64,000 nt of DNA from Muribaculaceae bacterium. Its GTDB lineage: Bacteria > Bacteroidota > Bacteroidia > Bacteroidales > Muribaculaceae. The DNA is taken from NCBI GenBank assembly GCA_017449785.1, contig JAFTFA010000190.1, forward strand, positions 12,342 through 76,341. Direction: 5' to 3'. The translations under genes were made by a program, and so were the position numbers. Each line of letters begins with the position of its first letter. The first letter of the stretch is position 1. Below are positions 45,637 to 55,077 of the stretch, piece by piece. A model generated the notes under the pieces. The model made no database searches and was not told where the DNA came from. It was given only the letters and a program-made list of their open reading frames with translations.

Positions 45637-45741
45637 GAGAAATATGCTCAATGCGACAGGCTAAATGCCCAAAAAATGACAAGAAATCTGCTTTTATCTG
45701 CCATTTAAAGCTCAAAAATGACCTTTTTCGGGATTTTTTTG

Positions 45742-45749
45742 TAACTTTG
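45742..45749 (+). promoter_or_regulatory. -7 promoter box
   Basis: TAACTTTG, 22 nt upstream of the ATG at 45771. Confidence 0.5.
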
Positions 45750-45770
45750 CGACTTTAAAAACAAGGCAGA

Positions 45771-47456
45771 ATGAAAAGGAACGATGATCTCAAGGTGTTC
45801 TGCAAGAATACCGACGAATACATAGACATCGAGGGCGGCGAAACGCTGCTCGACCTCTATGAGACCATCAAGGGCCGTCTGGGCCTTCAGGGCGACGCTG
45901 CATGTGTGCTGGTCAACAACAAGGTTGAAGACCTCCACTACCCGGTCTATGCGCCCAAGCACATCGAGTTTATTGACGCTACCTCCAATGCCGGCTACCG
46001 TGCGCTGACGCGTTCGCTGTGCATGGTGCTGTACAAGGCCCTCAACGACCTGTATCCCGGCAAGCGCCTGTGCATACAGCACAGCATCAGCAACGGCCAC
46101 TACTGCCAGATCAAGCACGAGGAGGAGTTTCTCACGGCCGAGGTCATCGCCCAGCTCAAGCAGCGCATGGCCGAGATCATCGCTGCCGACATCCCCTTTG
46201 TCCGCCGCGAGCGCCTGACGACCGATGTCATCGAGATGTTCAACAAGCAGGGCCTCAAGGACAAGGTGCGCATCCTCGAGACGGTCAACCAGCTCTATAC
46301 GGTCTTCTACCGCCTGGACGACATCATCGACAGCTTCTACGGCCCGCTGGTGCCCTCGACAGGGATGCTCAAGGTCTTTGACCTGGTGCCCTATGAGCAG
46401 GGAATGCTGTTGCTGGGTCCCGACCGCAAGGACATGACCCAGGTGGCCCGCTGGGAACCGCAGCCCAAGCTGTTCCAGGCGTTCACCGACTACATCAACT
46501 TCAACAAGATCATCAGGCTGGGCGACGTCGGCGAACTCAACCGCGCCATCCAGGCCGGATATGCCCCGTTGCTCATCAACGTCGTCGAGGCGCTCCACAA
46601 CAAGTACTTTATCCAGATTGCCGACGAGATCACCCGCCGCTACCATGAGGGCGGTGCCCGTGTGGTGCTCATCGCCGGCCCGTCGTCGAGCGGCAAGACC
46701 ACGTCGTCCAAGCGCCTGGCCATCCAGCTGATTACCAACTGCATCGTGCCAAAGGTCATCGAGCTGGACAACTACTTCATCAACCGCGACCGCACGCCGC
46801 GCGACGAGAAGGGCGACTATGACTACGAGTCGCTCTATGCCCTCGACCTGGAGCAGTTCAACCAGGACGTGACCGACCTGCTCGCCGGCAAGGAGGTGGC
46901 CATGCCGACCTATAACTTCAAGACCGGCCAGCGCGAGTACCTGGGCAACACGCTCAAGCTCGAGAAGGGCGACATCCTGCTCATGGAGGGCATCCACGGA
47001 CTGAATCCCGAACTGACGCGCAACATCCCCGAGGACCAGAAGTTCCGCCTGTTCGTGTCGGCCCTGACGACGCTCAACATCGACGACCACAACTGGATAG
47101 GCACCTATGACAACCGCCTGCTGCGCCGCATCATCCGCGACCACAAGTACCGTGGCAGCAGTGCCCAGCAGACCATCCAGCGCTGGCCCAGCGTGCGCCG
47201 CGGCGAGGAGAAGTGGATCATGCCCTTCCACGAGAACGCCGACGCCATGTTCAACTCATCACTGCTCTTTGAGTTGGCCGTGATGAAGAACTATGCGCTG
47301 CCCATCCTGCAACAAGTTCCAAGCAACGCGCCCGAGTATGCCGAGGCATCAAGACTGATAAAATTCCTCAACTACTTCGAGCCTCTGGACGAGAAAGACA
47401 TTCCCAGCACGAGCTTGCTGCGCGAGTTCCTGGGAGGAAGCAGCTTCCACTACTAG
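45771..47456 (+). CDS. Uridine kinase/phosphoribulokinase-family nucleoside kinase with an N-terminal TGS/ThrRS-like region
   Basis: Walker A IAGPSSSGKTTSSKRL. LMEGIHGLNP. DNRLLRRIIRDHKYRGSSAQQT. The N-terminal ~270 aa are TGS-like (ETLLDLYETIKGRLGL...VLVNNKVEDL). Confidence 0.8.
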   Translation: MKRNDDLKVFCKNTDEYIDIEGGETLLDLYETIKGRLGLQGDAACVLVNNKVEDLHYPVYAPKHIEFIDATSNAGYRALTRSLCMVLYKALNDLYPGKRLCIQHSISNGHYCQIKHEEEFLTAEVIAQLKQRMAEIIAADIPFVRRERLTTDVIEMFNKQGLKDKVRILETVNQLYTVFYRLDDIIDSFYGPLVPSTGMLKVFDLVPYEQGMLLLGPDRKDMTQVARWEPQPKLFQAFTDYINFNKIIRLGDVGELNRAIQAGYAPLLINVVEALHNKYFIQIADEITRRYHEGGARVVLIAGPSSSGKTTSSKRLAIQLITNCIVPKVIELDNYFINRDRTPRDEKGDYDYESLYALDLEQFNQDVTDLLAGKEVAMPTYNFKTGQREYLGNTLKLEKGDILLMEGIHGLNPELTRNIPEDQKFRLFVSALTTLNIDDHNWIGTYDNRLLRRIIRDHKYRGSSAQQTIQRWPSVRRGEEKWIMPFHENADAMFNSSLLFELAVMKNYALPILQQVPSNAPEYAEASRLIKFLNYFEPLDEKDIPSTSLLREFLGGSSFHY

Positions 47457-47553
47457 CGAGATACTGTGGGCCCTATTGTGTGTGCAATAGGGCCCACAAA
47501 ATTATATAAATCAGTAGATTAACAACAACCCGAATACACAAACGATTCAACCG

Positions 47554-48606
47554 ATGACCGATATTACAGCAAGTGTTCAGCCACAAGAGAGCACCGACAA
47601 GCACAGCTACAGCAACATGTCGCTGGAGGAATTCTGCGGCAACGTGCGCCGCATGGAGTCGCAGGGCCTCGACGGCATCTCGCTCTTCAACGAGGTGATC
47701 TCGCGCGGCCAGGCACCCGACCTGATTGCCCAGGACGAAGTCCAGCACAGCCGCCGCCTGGAGCGCATCACCAGCGAGATTACCCGCCGCTTCCGCCAGG
47801 AGGGCCTGCGCATCGTGCTTGTCGCCGGCCCCTCATGCTCGGGCAAGACGACCACCTCGCGCTTCCTCAACCACATGCTGCGCGACAACGGCATCCAGCC
47901 CTGTGTGGTATCGCTCGACAACTACTTCCTCAACCTGGACCAGCGTCCCCTCGACCCCAACGGCGAAATTGACTATGAGTCGTTCTATGGCCTGGACTTG
48001 AAGCAGTTGGAACGCGACGTGGCGAGCCTGCTGGCCGGCGACCAGGTGTCGATGCCCACCTATGACTATGTGAAGGGCGAGCGCACCTACCGCGGCAACA
48101 CGCTCAAGCTCGACAGTAACAGCTTGCTGTTCCTTGAGGGTCTGCACGCCCTCAACCCCCTGTTGGTCCCCAATATCGACGAGGAAAAGAAATTCCGCTT
48201 GTTTGTCACCGCCCAGGTGACCATCTACTATGGCGAGAAATCGGGCCTGGGCGAGCACGATAACCGCCTGTTGCGCCGCATCTACCGCGACTACAACAGC
48301 CGCGGTGCCAGCGCCTTGCAGACCCTGCAATGGTGGCCCGGCGTGCTGCGTGGCGAGAACCTGTGGATTCTGCCCTTTGCCAGCCATGCCGACGCCTGGT
48401 TCAACACGTCGATGGTATTTGAATTCTCGGCCATCAAGTCGCGCGTGTCACAGCTGCTGCGCGAGGTGCCCGAGAGTGAACCTGCCGAGTACAAGATTGC
48501 CCAGCGCTTGTCGAGGATCCTCGATCGCATCGCCCCCTTGTCCCAGGAGGACTTCGCCGCCATCGCGCCCAAGCGCCGCTTCCTGCTCAGCAACGAGGGA
48601 AAATAA
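47554..48606 (+). CDS. Uridine kinase/PRK-family paralog lacking the TGS-like N-terminus
   Basis: Walker A VAGPSCSGKTTTSRFL. LEGLHALNP. DNRLLRRIYRDYNSRGASALQT. Collinear with the C-terminal half of the upstream gene. Confidence 0.75.
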   Translation: MTDITASVQPQESTDKHSYSNMSLEEFCGNVRRMESQGLDGISLFNEVISRGQAPDLIAQDEVQHSRRLERITSEITRRFRQEGLRIVLVAGPSCSGKTTTSRFLNHMLRDNGIQPCVVSLDNYFLNLDQRPLDPNGEIDYESFYGLDLKQLERDVASLLAGDQVSMPTYDYVKGERTYRGNTLKLDSNSLLFLEGLHALNPLLVPNIDEEKKFRLFVTAQVTIYYGEKSGLGEHDNRLLRRIYRDYNSRGASALQTLQWWPGVLRGENLWILPFASHADAWFNTSMVFEFSAIKSRVSQLLREVPESEPAEYKIAQRLSRILDRIAPLSQEDFAAIAPKRRFLLSNEGK

Positions 48607-48635
48607 TCATCACTGTCCGGGGAAAGTTCAACAGC

Positions 48636-48745
48636 AGGCCATCATTCTGTCGCGGGCTTTGAATCGGCCTAACGGCCGAGAAATTAAAAGAAAATTAAAT
48701 TTTAAAATTAATTTGTTTAATTTCCCGCCCGACAGGGCGGTTAAT
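48636..48745. repeat. Dispersed hairpin element, copy 2 (3' of the kinase paralog)
   Basis: CATCATTCTGTCGCGGGCTTTGAATCGGCCTAACGGCCGAGAAATTAAA..TTTAATTTCCCGCCCGACAGGGCGG. The left arm is near-identical to the copy at 15750. The right arm is diverged into its own CCGCCC/GGGCGG hairpin. Confidence 0.7.
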
Positions 48746-48851
48746 ACCACCAAGGGTCCAACTTCTATATCATTGCCTAACAATAAGGCGTGCCAAGTGA
48801 CGGGCACGCCTTATCTGCATTGGGATTGTTATGAATATGGGTTCTTCAGGC

Positions 48852-51800
48852 TTATCTCACGCTGATCTTGTAGGCCTGCTTGCCCACGGTCACGATGTAG
48901 ATGCCGGGAGCCACCGTCAGGGTGCGGCTGCCGTCGGCAACAAAGTTGCTCACCTGGCGGCCGTCGATGGTATAGACGCGCACCTGCTGGCCGTTGAAGC
49001 CCTCCAGGCTGATGCCGCCCTTGACGGCAGCAATGTGATCGCTGGCTGCCAGCTCATCGATGCCGGTGGGACGCTCGGTGCCGGTGAGGCTGATGTTGTC
49101 GAGCCAGATGCGCTCGCTCATCATGCTCATGTAGCCGCGGAAGCTGAACTTGACAAAGTTGGCCACCTCGGTGCCCGTCAACGGGATCTCAAACAGTTCC
49201 CACTCGCCGTCGCCCTGGGTGACGTCGATGGTGATCAGTTCCTCGTAGGGGGCATCGTTCAGGCTCTGTGATACCACCAGCGTGGGTGCGATGGCGGCAG
49301 TGGAGCTGTAGCCCATGTATACCCAGAAGGAGAGCGTGTACTGCTGGTTGGCATCAACCCTCACCTTGGGAGTAACCAGGTCTGCCCAGTGGTAGCTGCT
49401 GTAGTAGTTGCCGTTGTAGCACAGGGCATAGCCGTTGTCGCCGTCCTGGGAAGTCATCTCATCGTTGTCGGCGAGAATGTTCCAGGTGGTGCCATAGCTG
49501 GCCACGTCGGCATCAGCGACCCAACCGCTGCTGTACAGGTAACCGTCGGCAAACGACTCGGTGAAGGGTGCCTCCTTCAACTTGCCGAGGATCACCTCGT
49601 CGATCACGGCCTGGCCGACGCCTGCCGAGGTCGAGGGAATGACGGCATAGTAGTGGATCTCCATCTCATCGCTGGGCTCGCGCTCGACGGTGAAGGTGGT
49701 CTCGGTGGTGGTGCCGATGACGACCATCTGCTCCTCGGGAGTGGTGCCGTCGGGGAAGTACTCGACGATGGTGTAGATGAGCGACTCGTCAACCACGCCG
49801 CCGTTCACGCCCACCTCGCTGGGAGCATCCCAGGTGAGGATAGCCTTCTGGTTGTCCTCGTTGCCCGTGATCCAGTAGTTCTCGACGGCCATGGGAACGT
49901 CAACGCCGGCAAACACGGTAGCCTCGCTGGCCTTGCCGCGGCCATACTCGTTCTCGGCCACGATGATGTAGGAATTCTTGCCGTTCAGGGGCTGCTCGTC
50001 GATCCACTCCAGGGCCTGGCCGGGCTCTACGTTCTCAAACGTCTTCAAGGGGATGGCCGAGCCGCTGCGGTAGATATAGACCGTCAGGGGGCCTTCCAGG
50101 GGACGCTGGGCATAGTCAACGCTGGGTGCATTGAAGGCGAAGTTCACCTTCAACAGGCCCGTCTTGTCGTTCTCGACGCTCAGGTTCTCGACGCTGTAGG
50201 GGGCAAATGCCGAACCCACCAGGGTGATCGAGATGTCGTCGATGCTGGGCGAGATGTAGCTGCTGGCTACATCGGCCACCATGAGGATCGAGGGATAGTA
50301 CTTGCCGGTCTCGCTGGCGATGACCTCCTTCTCGATCAGCACCTTCTCACCATAGTTGGTGAACGGCAGCTGGTCGGGATATACGGTCTGGCTCTCGGGA
50401 TTCATGGCCATGCCGATACCGGCATAACCCGGGCACACCTGGTTATAGGAGCTGTAGGTCCAGTTGAAGGCGTAGGTGTAAACCATGTCCTTCTCGAGCT
50501 TGATGGCGGGCATGTATAGCCAGATGTTCTCTACCGGGTGCTGCACAAAGTATCCATAGCCGCCCAGGGCCAGATTCTGGTTGTAGCTGCTCCACAGCCA
50601 GCGATACTCGTTGGTGCTGTAGATCGACGAGTCGTTGACGGTGTAGAAGAAGCGTGCATCGGCCTCGGTGTCAAACGTGTTGCTGTAGGGTGCGGTATAG
50701 ACGCCGATAAAGGCCTCGGCACTCACGCGCTTGCCCTCGCCGCCCTGGTTGCTGATCGAGACGGTGTAGCTGTGTACACCGACGCCCTTGACCTCATTGT
50801 CGGTCCAGCTTGCCTGGCTGCCGGCCTCGACGGGGAACTGGGCCACGGTCTCCTCACCGCCGTCGCGGTAGATGTTGGCCGTCAGTGCATCGGTCAGGGG
50901 GGCACCGTCGAGCTGGGTGGTGGGAACGGTGAAGGTCACGTCGGCGATCATCTCACCCTCCTCGTCGGGCGTGATGGTCAGGTTGGTCACCTCGGCGGGA
51001 GCATTGTTCTGGCCCAGCTTGTTCACGGCCATCGAGTAAACAAAGATACCCGAGGCATTGTCCTCGCGCTGGGTATAGACGCGCACGGCAAAGTAGTAGG
51101 TGCCGCTCTCGGGCATCTGGAAGTCAACTTCCCACGGGGTGGTGGTACCGCCCACGTCATAGGAGTCGTTGGCATCCAGCACCTGGAAGGTCGACAGGTC
51201 GGTCGGGTCGGTGCCCACGAGCAGGCTGGCGCGCTCCTTGTAGTTGGCCCAGGTGTTGCGCATGTTCACGATCAGGGCATAGGTGATGCCTTGCTCGATG
51301 TTGATGCCCGGCGAGATCAGGTAGTCGTCGGCGCCGTTCTGGTCCTCACCCATGTTGTAGGGACCGGTGTAGATGCCCCAGCAGCTGTTGTAGTCGTTGA
51401 ACTGCCAGGTATAGATGGTGCCCCACTGGCTCTGGTCGTTGTTGGCATTGACGACGGTCCACAGGTCGCGCAGCGTGGCGTCGCTGAAGTTGTCAAAGTA
51501 GGGAGCCTCAAATGCGGTACCGGCCAGCACGCCGTTGGACTGCACTGCCTCGCCGACCTTGCCGTCGCCGTTGACCGGGGTCACGATGTAGGAGTAGCGC
51601 TCCATCTTGGCGGGCAGGGTCTCGCTGAACTCACAGGCGGTCAGGCCCTCGGCCACGGTGACGTTGCCGGGCATGCGCACCACCTTGTAGGTCACATTCT
51701 CGAGATAACCGCCGTTCACGCCGGTGGCGGGAGCGGTCCACGTCAGGTGGCTCACGCCGTTCTCCACGGCCAGGTTCAGGTTGCTGACGGGCAGCGGGGT

Positions 51801-53042
51801 GTCATAGCCGGCAAAGGTGTACAGGCTGTTGACGGGCGAGAAGCCGCCCTCGTTCTCGAACAGCACATACACGTAGTGGTTGTCGTTGCTCACCGTCTGG
51901 TTGAAGCTCTGCTTGCTGCCGGGAGCAACCGATACATAGTTGGCAATCATCTCGCCGTCGAGCCACACGCTCATCATCACGTTGCCACTGAGGGGGCTGC
52001 CGCTGTAGGTCGTGGTGGGCACGGTGAAGGTGATGTTGCCCGTCGTGCCGCCGCCGTCAAAGGCGAAGGCCAGGTCGCTCGTGGCTGCGGGAGCCATGTC
52101 GGGAGCCTGGTTGCCGGGGAAGAACACCGACGGTGCCTGCTCGTTGTTGTTCAGCTCCTCGATGAGCGTGATGCTGGCGTCCATGGGGTCGATGGCATAG
52201 ATGCCCGAGCCCTGCTGGGTCACTGCCATCCACAGGAAGCACGCGCTGCGGGGCTCATAGCCCATACCCTGCACATAGAGCGTCGGCATCACTTCCAGGG
52301 CGTCGATAGCGCGGGCGTCGCCGCTGTACTTGTCCATGCCGTAGAGGTAGCCGTCGGCACCCACACAGTACATGTTGCCGTCGGGCGTGAAGCCCAGCGT
52401 CAACGGCTGGAAGTTGTTGGGCCACGGGCAGATGACGTCAAACGTGCGGGTCTCGGGATTCCACTTGGCCATGTTCAGGCCCGACAGGTCGTTGTTGTAC
52501 TGCACCGAGTAGATGATGTCGCTGGTCACGTCATAGGCCATCACCGAGGGGATGAAACTGTAATCCACCTGTTCATAGACCTGTGACCACAGTTCGCTGA
52601 AGTCGGTGCGGCTCAAGCCGTTGTACTCAACACCGTTGAGCGAGCCGAACAGCTCCATCGGCCTGGCACCCACGAGCTGGTCGCGGCCCATGGCGCTGGC
52701 CATGAAGTTGTAGCGCAGGTCGGTGGCAAGGGCCTGGAAACCGTCGTTGCTGCCGATGGTGTAGGAGTAGATGCCATAGGGCACCGAGCCGATGCCGTAG
52801 TTTGCCCACTCGTTAGAGTTGGTCAGGTTGACATACATCGTCAGACCCTGGAACTGGTCTGCACTGGGTGCCTTCTTCCTGGAACTGGACTCACGCTTGG
52901 AGAGCATCTTGGCCCTCTGCTGCGTCTTCACGACCTGCTTCATGGCTTTGGGGGCCGCGTTGTAGGTCGTGGACTGCTCGCCGGCCGATGCCATCAGGGC
53001 CACCAGCGCGAGCATTGCGAGTAAGGTTTTGGGTCTTCTCAT
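48852..53042 (-). CDS. Large multidomain T9SS-secreted surface protein (1396 aa)
   Basis: Signal peptide. Alternating Fn3/Ig-like modules and jelly-roll modules resembling choice-of-anchor-J (FDNFSD..LWTVVNANNDQSQW; FTESFADG..GWVADADV..TTWNI). The T9SS type-A CTD is ...VRVYTIDGRQVSNFVADGSRTLTVAPGIYIVTVGKQAYKISVR. Confidence 0.85.
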   Translation of the reverse strand: MRRPKTLLAMLALVALMASAGEQSTTYNAAPKAMKQVVKTQQRAKMLSKRESSSRKKAPSADQFQGLTMYVNLTNSNEWANYGIGSVPYGIYSYTIGSNDGFQALATDLRYNFMASAMGRDQLVGARPMELFGSLNGVEYNGLSRTDFSELWSQVYEQVDYSFIPSVMAYDVTSDIIYSVQYNNDLSGLNMAKWNPETRTFDVICPWPNNFQPLTLGFTPDGNMYCVGADGYLYGMDKYSGDARAIDALEVMPTLYVQGMGYEPRSACFLWMAVTQQGSGIYAIDPMDASITLIEELNNNEQAPSVFFPGNQAPDMAPAATSDLAFAFDGGGTTGNITFTVPTTTYSGSPLSGNVMMSVWLDGEMIANYVSVAPGSKQSFNQTVSNDNHYVYVLFENEGGFSPVNSLYTFAGYDTPLPVSNLNLAVENGVSHLTWTAPATGVNGGYLENVTYKVVRMPGNVTVAEGLTACEFSETLPAKMERYSYIVTPVNGDGKVGEAVQSNGVLAGTAFEAPYFDNFSDATLRDLWTVVNANNDQSQWGTIYTWQFNDYNSCWGIYTGPYNMGEDQNGADDYLISPGINIEQGITYALIVNMRNTWANYKERASLLVGTDPTDLSTFQVLDANDSYDVGGTTTPWEVDFQMPESGTYYFAVRVYTQREDNASGIFVYSMAVNKLGQNNAPAEVTNLTITPDEEGEMIADVTFTVPTTQLDGAPLTDALTANIYRDGGEETVAQFPVEAGSQASWTDNEVKGVGVHSYTVSISNQGGEGKRVSAEAFIGVYTAPYSNTFDTEADARFFYTVNDSSIYSTNEYRWLWSSYNQNLALGGYGYFVQHPVENIWLYMPAIKLEKDMVYTYAFNWTYSSYNQVCPGYAGIGMAMNPESQTVYPDQLPFTNYGEKVLIEKEVIASETGKYYPSILMVADVASSYISPSIDDISITLVGSAFAPYSVENLSVENDKTGLLKVNFAFNAPSVDYAQRPLEGPLTVYIYRSGSAIPLKTFENVEPGQALEWIDEQPLNGKNSYIIVAENEYGRGKASEATVFAGVDVPMAVENYWITGNEDNQKAILTWDAPSEVGVNGGVVDESLIYTIVEYFPDGTTPEEQMVVIGTTTETTFTVEREPSDEMEIHYYAVIPSTSAGVGQAVIDEVILGKLKEAPFTESFADGYLYSSGWVADADVASYGTTWNILADNDEMTSQDGDNGYALCYNGNYYSSYHWADLVTPKVRVDANQQYTLSFWVYMGYSSTAAIAPTLVVSQSLNDAPYEELITIDVTQGDGEWELFEIPLTGTEVANFVKFSFRGYMSMMSERIWLDNISLTGTERPTGIDELAASDHIAAVKGGISLEGFNGQQVRVYTIDGRQVSNFVADGSRTLTVAPGIYIVTVGKQAYKISVR

Positions 53043-53118
53043 TATCCAAATTGTTTAATGGTGATTAATGATTACCGCCGGTGCGGGAACACCTCACGGC
53101 TGGTTAATTTAAACATTG

Positions 53119-53126
53119 CAAAAATA
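53119..53126 (-). promoter_or_regulatory. -7 promoter box for the T9SS cargo gene
   Basis: CAAAAATA on the plus strand, 77 nt upstream of the start at 53042. Confidence 0.4.
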
Positions 53127-53250
53127 CTACTTCCCGCGTGCAAAATCATCGTGCAGGGCATGGCAAAATGTACAGATTTCGGCATTTTACACAAAAAATG
53201 CCCGAAATCGGTGATTCCGAGTGGCTTATTGATGGTGGAACGGTGGTTTT

Positions 53251-54981
53251 TTACTGCTGCGACTCCCGCCGTGCCAGGCGCTGGTACTGCGACGGCGTCA
53301 GGCCCGTGATGCGCTTGAACGACGAGACAAATGTCGAGCGCGACTTGAAGCCCACGCTCTCCGAGATGGCCTCGATGGTGTAGTTGCCGTAGTGCTCCAC
53401 GTCGCCCATGCGCTTGCAGGCCTCCTTGATGCGGTAGGAATTGAGGAAGTTGTTGAAGTTCTGCTGGTAGTACTCGTTGATGACCTGGGACACATACTTG
53501 TACTTGGAGCCCGACAGCATCGCCAGGCGCTCCAGCGAGAAGTCGGCACTGTAGATCTCCTCGCTGTTGTCCATCACCTGCTGGATGCGGGCCAGCAGTT
53601 GCTGCTTGTCCTCGTCGCTCAGGTGGCTGCTCTTGTACTTGACCTCGGCGTCAGCGTCGGTGGTTTCCTTCTCGGGCTCGTCGTCGGGGGCGGTGGCGAT
53701 GGCGGGGAGCGCCTCGGCGCGCGGGGGCTCCTTCTCCTGCAGCTGGCGGCGCATGCGGCGTTCTTCCTCCTCGGCCCGCAGCATCTCGACGTTCTTCTGG
53801 TACAGCGACTCGTTGGAGCGCGTCAGCTCGCCGTTCTTGCGGTACACGAGGTAGAGCAGCACGGCCAGCACCAGCAGGAAGCCCAGCGACGTCAATGTCA
53901 CGATGCTCATCACCTCGCGGTGCTGCCTCATCTCGTTCATCTCCTGCTCCATGCCCTTCAACTCGTTGCGGAATTCCATCTCGTTGACGCTGGCCAGTTG
54001 CTGGTAGTTGGTCAATGTGTCCTTGAGCAGGGCAAACTGGTTATAATAATGTTCGCGCGAGCGGTCATCGCCCAGTTGCTTGTAATATCGCGAGAGCATC
54101 CCGTACACTTCCAGTTTGCAGTCCTTCATCTCAAGATCCACGGCGATTTTCTCGGCCTGGTGGATGTCGGCGACGGCATTGCGGTAGTCACCTTTCATGG
54201 CGTGGACCTTGCCCTTCTCGATGAGGGTGAAGTAGATGAGGCGGGAATACTGGGTCGTGTCGATCAACTGCAACTGGCTGTTATATAGCTTGATGGCCAC
54301 GTCGGGACGGCCCTGCTCCACGCTGTTGAATGCCTGGTAGAGCAGCTTGTTGTAGCGGCGCAGGATCCACGTCTCGTTGTCCTCGGGCAGTTTCAGGTAC
54401 TGGTTCCAGATGGGGGTGATCTGGGACAGGCCGCCCTGGGTGTGGGCCATGGCCAGCACGTCGGTGCTCGCCATGTCGGTGTGCTTGTCGTCGCCGGTCT
54501 TGAGGCCCACGGTGAGTGCCTGCTTGTAATAGTCCAGTGCCTTGGTACCCAGTTCATAGTCACCGCATTCCTCCGAGATGGTCTGGTACATGCACCCGAA
54601 GCCCAGGTAGATGTTGGCATCCTCGATGCCGGCCTGGGTGGCGATCTCGCGGGCGCGCGTCAGGCAGTCAAAGCACTTGGGGTAGTCATAGAAGTCATAG
54701 AAGTAGATCGACCACAGCCTCATGTTGGCCTCCTTGCACTGCGACTTCTGCTCCAGCGACATGGATTTCTCGTAGCGGTTGGCGATGATCGTGTAGCACA
54801 TCAGTGCCGTGTCCTTGCTGCCCCCGTCGTTGAAGTCCTTGTCGGCCATGTCGAGGAGCCGCTCCACGGGCAGGTCCAGCCACTTGCTGTGCTCCCGCGA
54901 CGGTGCCAGGGCGCTGCCGGGCAACACCGTCGCCAGGACAAGAAACAAGAGCACTATGTTTCTGGATACGCTACCCATCAT
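53251..54981 (-). CDS. TPR-containing, single-pass membrane AraC-family regulator
   Basis: Signal/TM, TPR-like repeats, an internal TM (VMSIVTLTSLGFLLVLAVLLYLVY), a coiled E/R-rich linker, and a C-terminal AraC HTH (ISESVGFKSRSTFVSSFKRITGLTPSQYQ). Confidence 0.8.
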   Translation of the reverse strand: MMGSVSRNIVLLFLVLATVLPGSALAPSREHSKWLDLPVERLLDMADKDFNDGGSKDTALMCYTIIANRYEKSMSLEQKSQCKEANMRLWSIYFYDFYDYPKCFDCLTRAREIATQAGIEDANIYLGFGCMYQTISEECGDYELGTKALDYYKQALTVGLKTGDDKHTDMASTDVLAMAHTQGGLSQITPIWNQYLKLPEDNETWILRRYNKLLYQAFNSVEQGRPDVAIKLYNSQLQLIDTTQYSRLIYFTLIEKGKVHAMKGDYRNAVADIHQAEKIAVDLEMKDCKLEVYGMLSRYYKQLGDDRSREHYYNQFALLKDTLTNYQQLASVNEMEFRNELKGMEQEMNEMRQHREVMSIVTLTSLGFLLVLAVLLYLVYRKNGELTRSNESLYQKNVEMLRAEEEERRMRRQLQEKEPPRAEALPAIATAPDDEPEKETTDADAEVKYKSSHLSDEDKQQLLARIQQVMDNSEEIYSADFSLERLAMLSGSKYKYVSQVINEYYQQNFNNFLNSYRIKEACKRMGDVEHYGNYTIEAISESVGFKSRSTFVSSFKRITGLTPSQYQRLARRESQQ

Positions 54982-54997
54982 CGTTGATAATTACCCG

Positions 54998-55005
54998 CAA
55001 AAGTA
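54998..55005 (-). promoter_or_regulatory. -7 promoter box (minus strand)
   Basis: CAAAAGTA on the plus strand, 17 nt upstream of the start at 54981. Confidence 0.45.
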
Positions 55006-55077
55006 AGTAAAAAACCTCAGAATCACTTCCTCCTGGATGATAAAAAAGGGCCATGGCACGCCGATGCCGGCCGGCTG

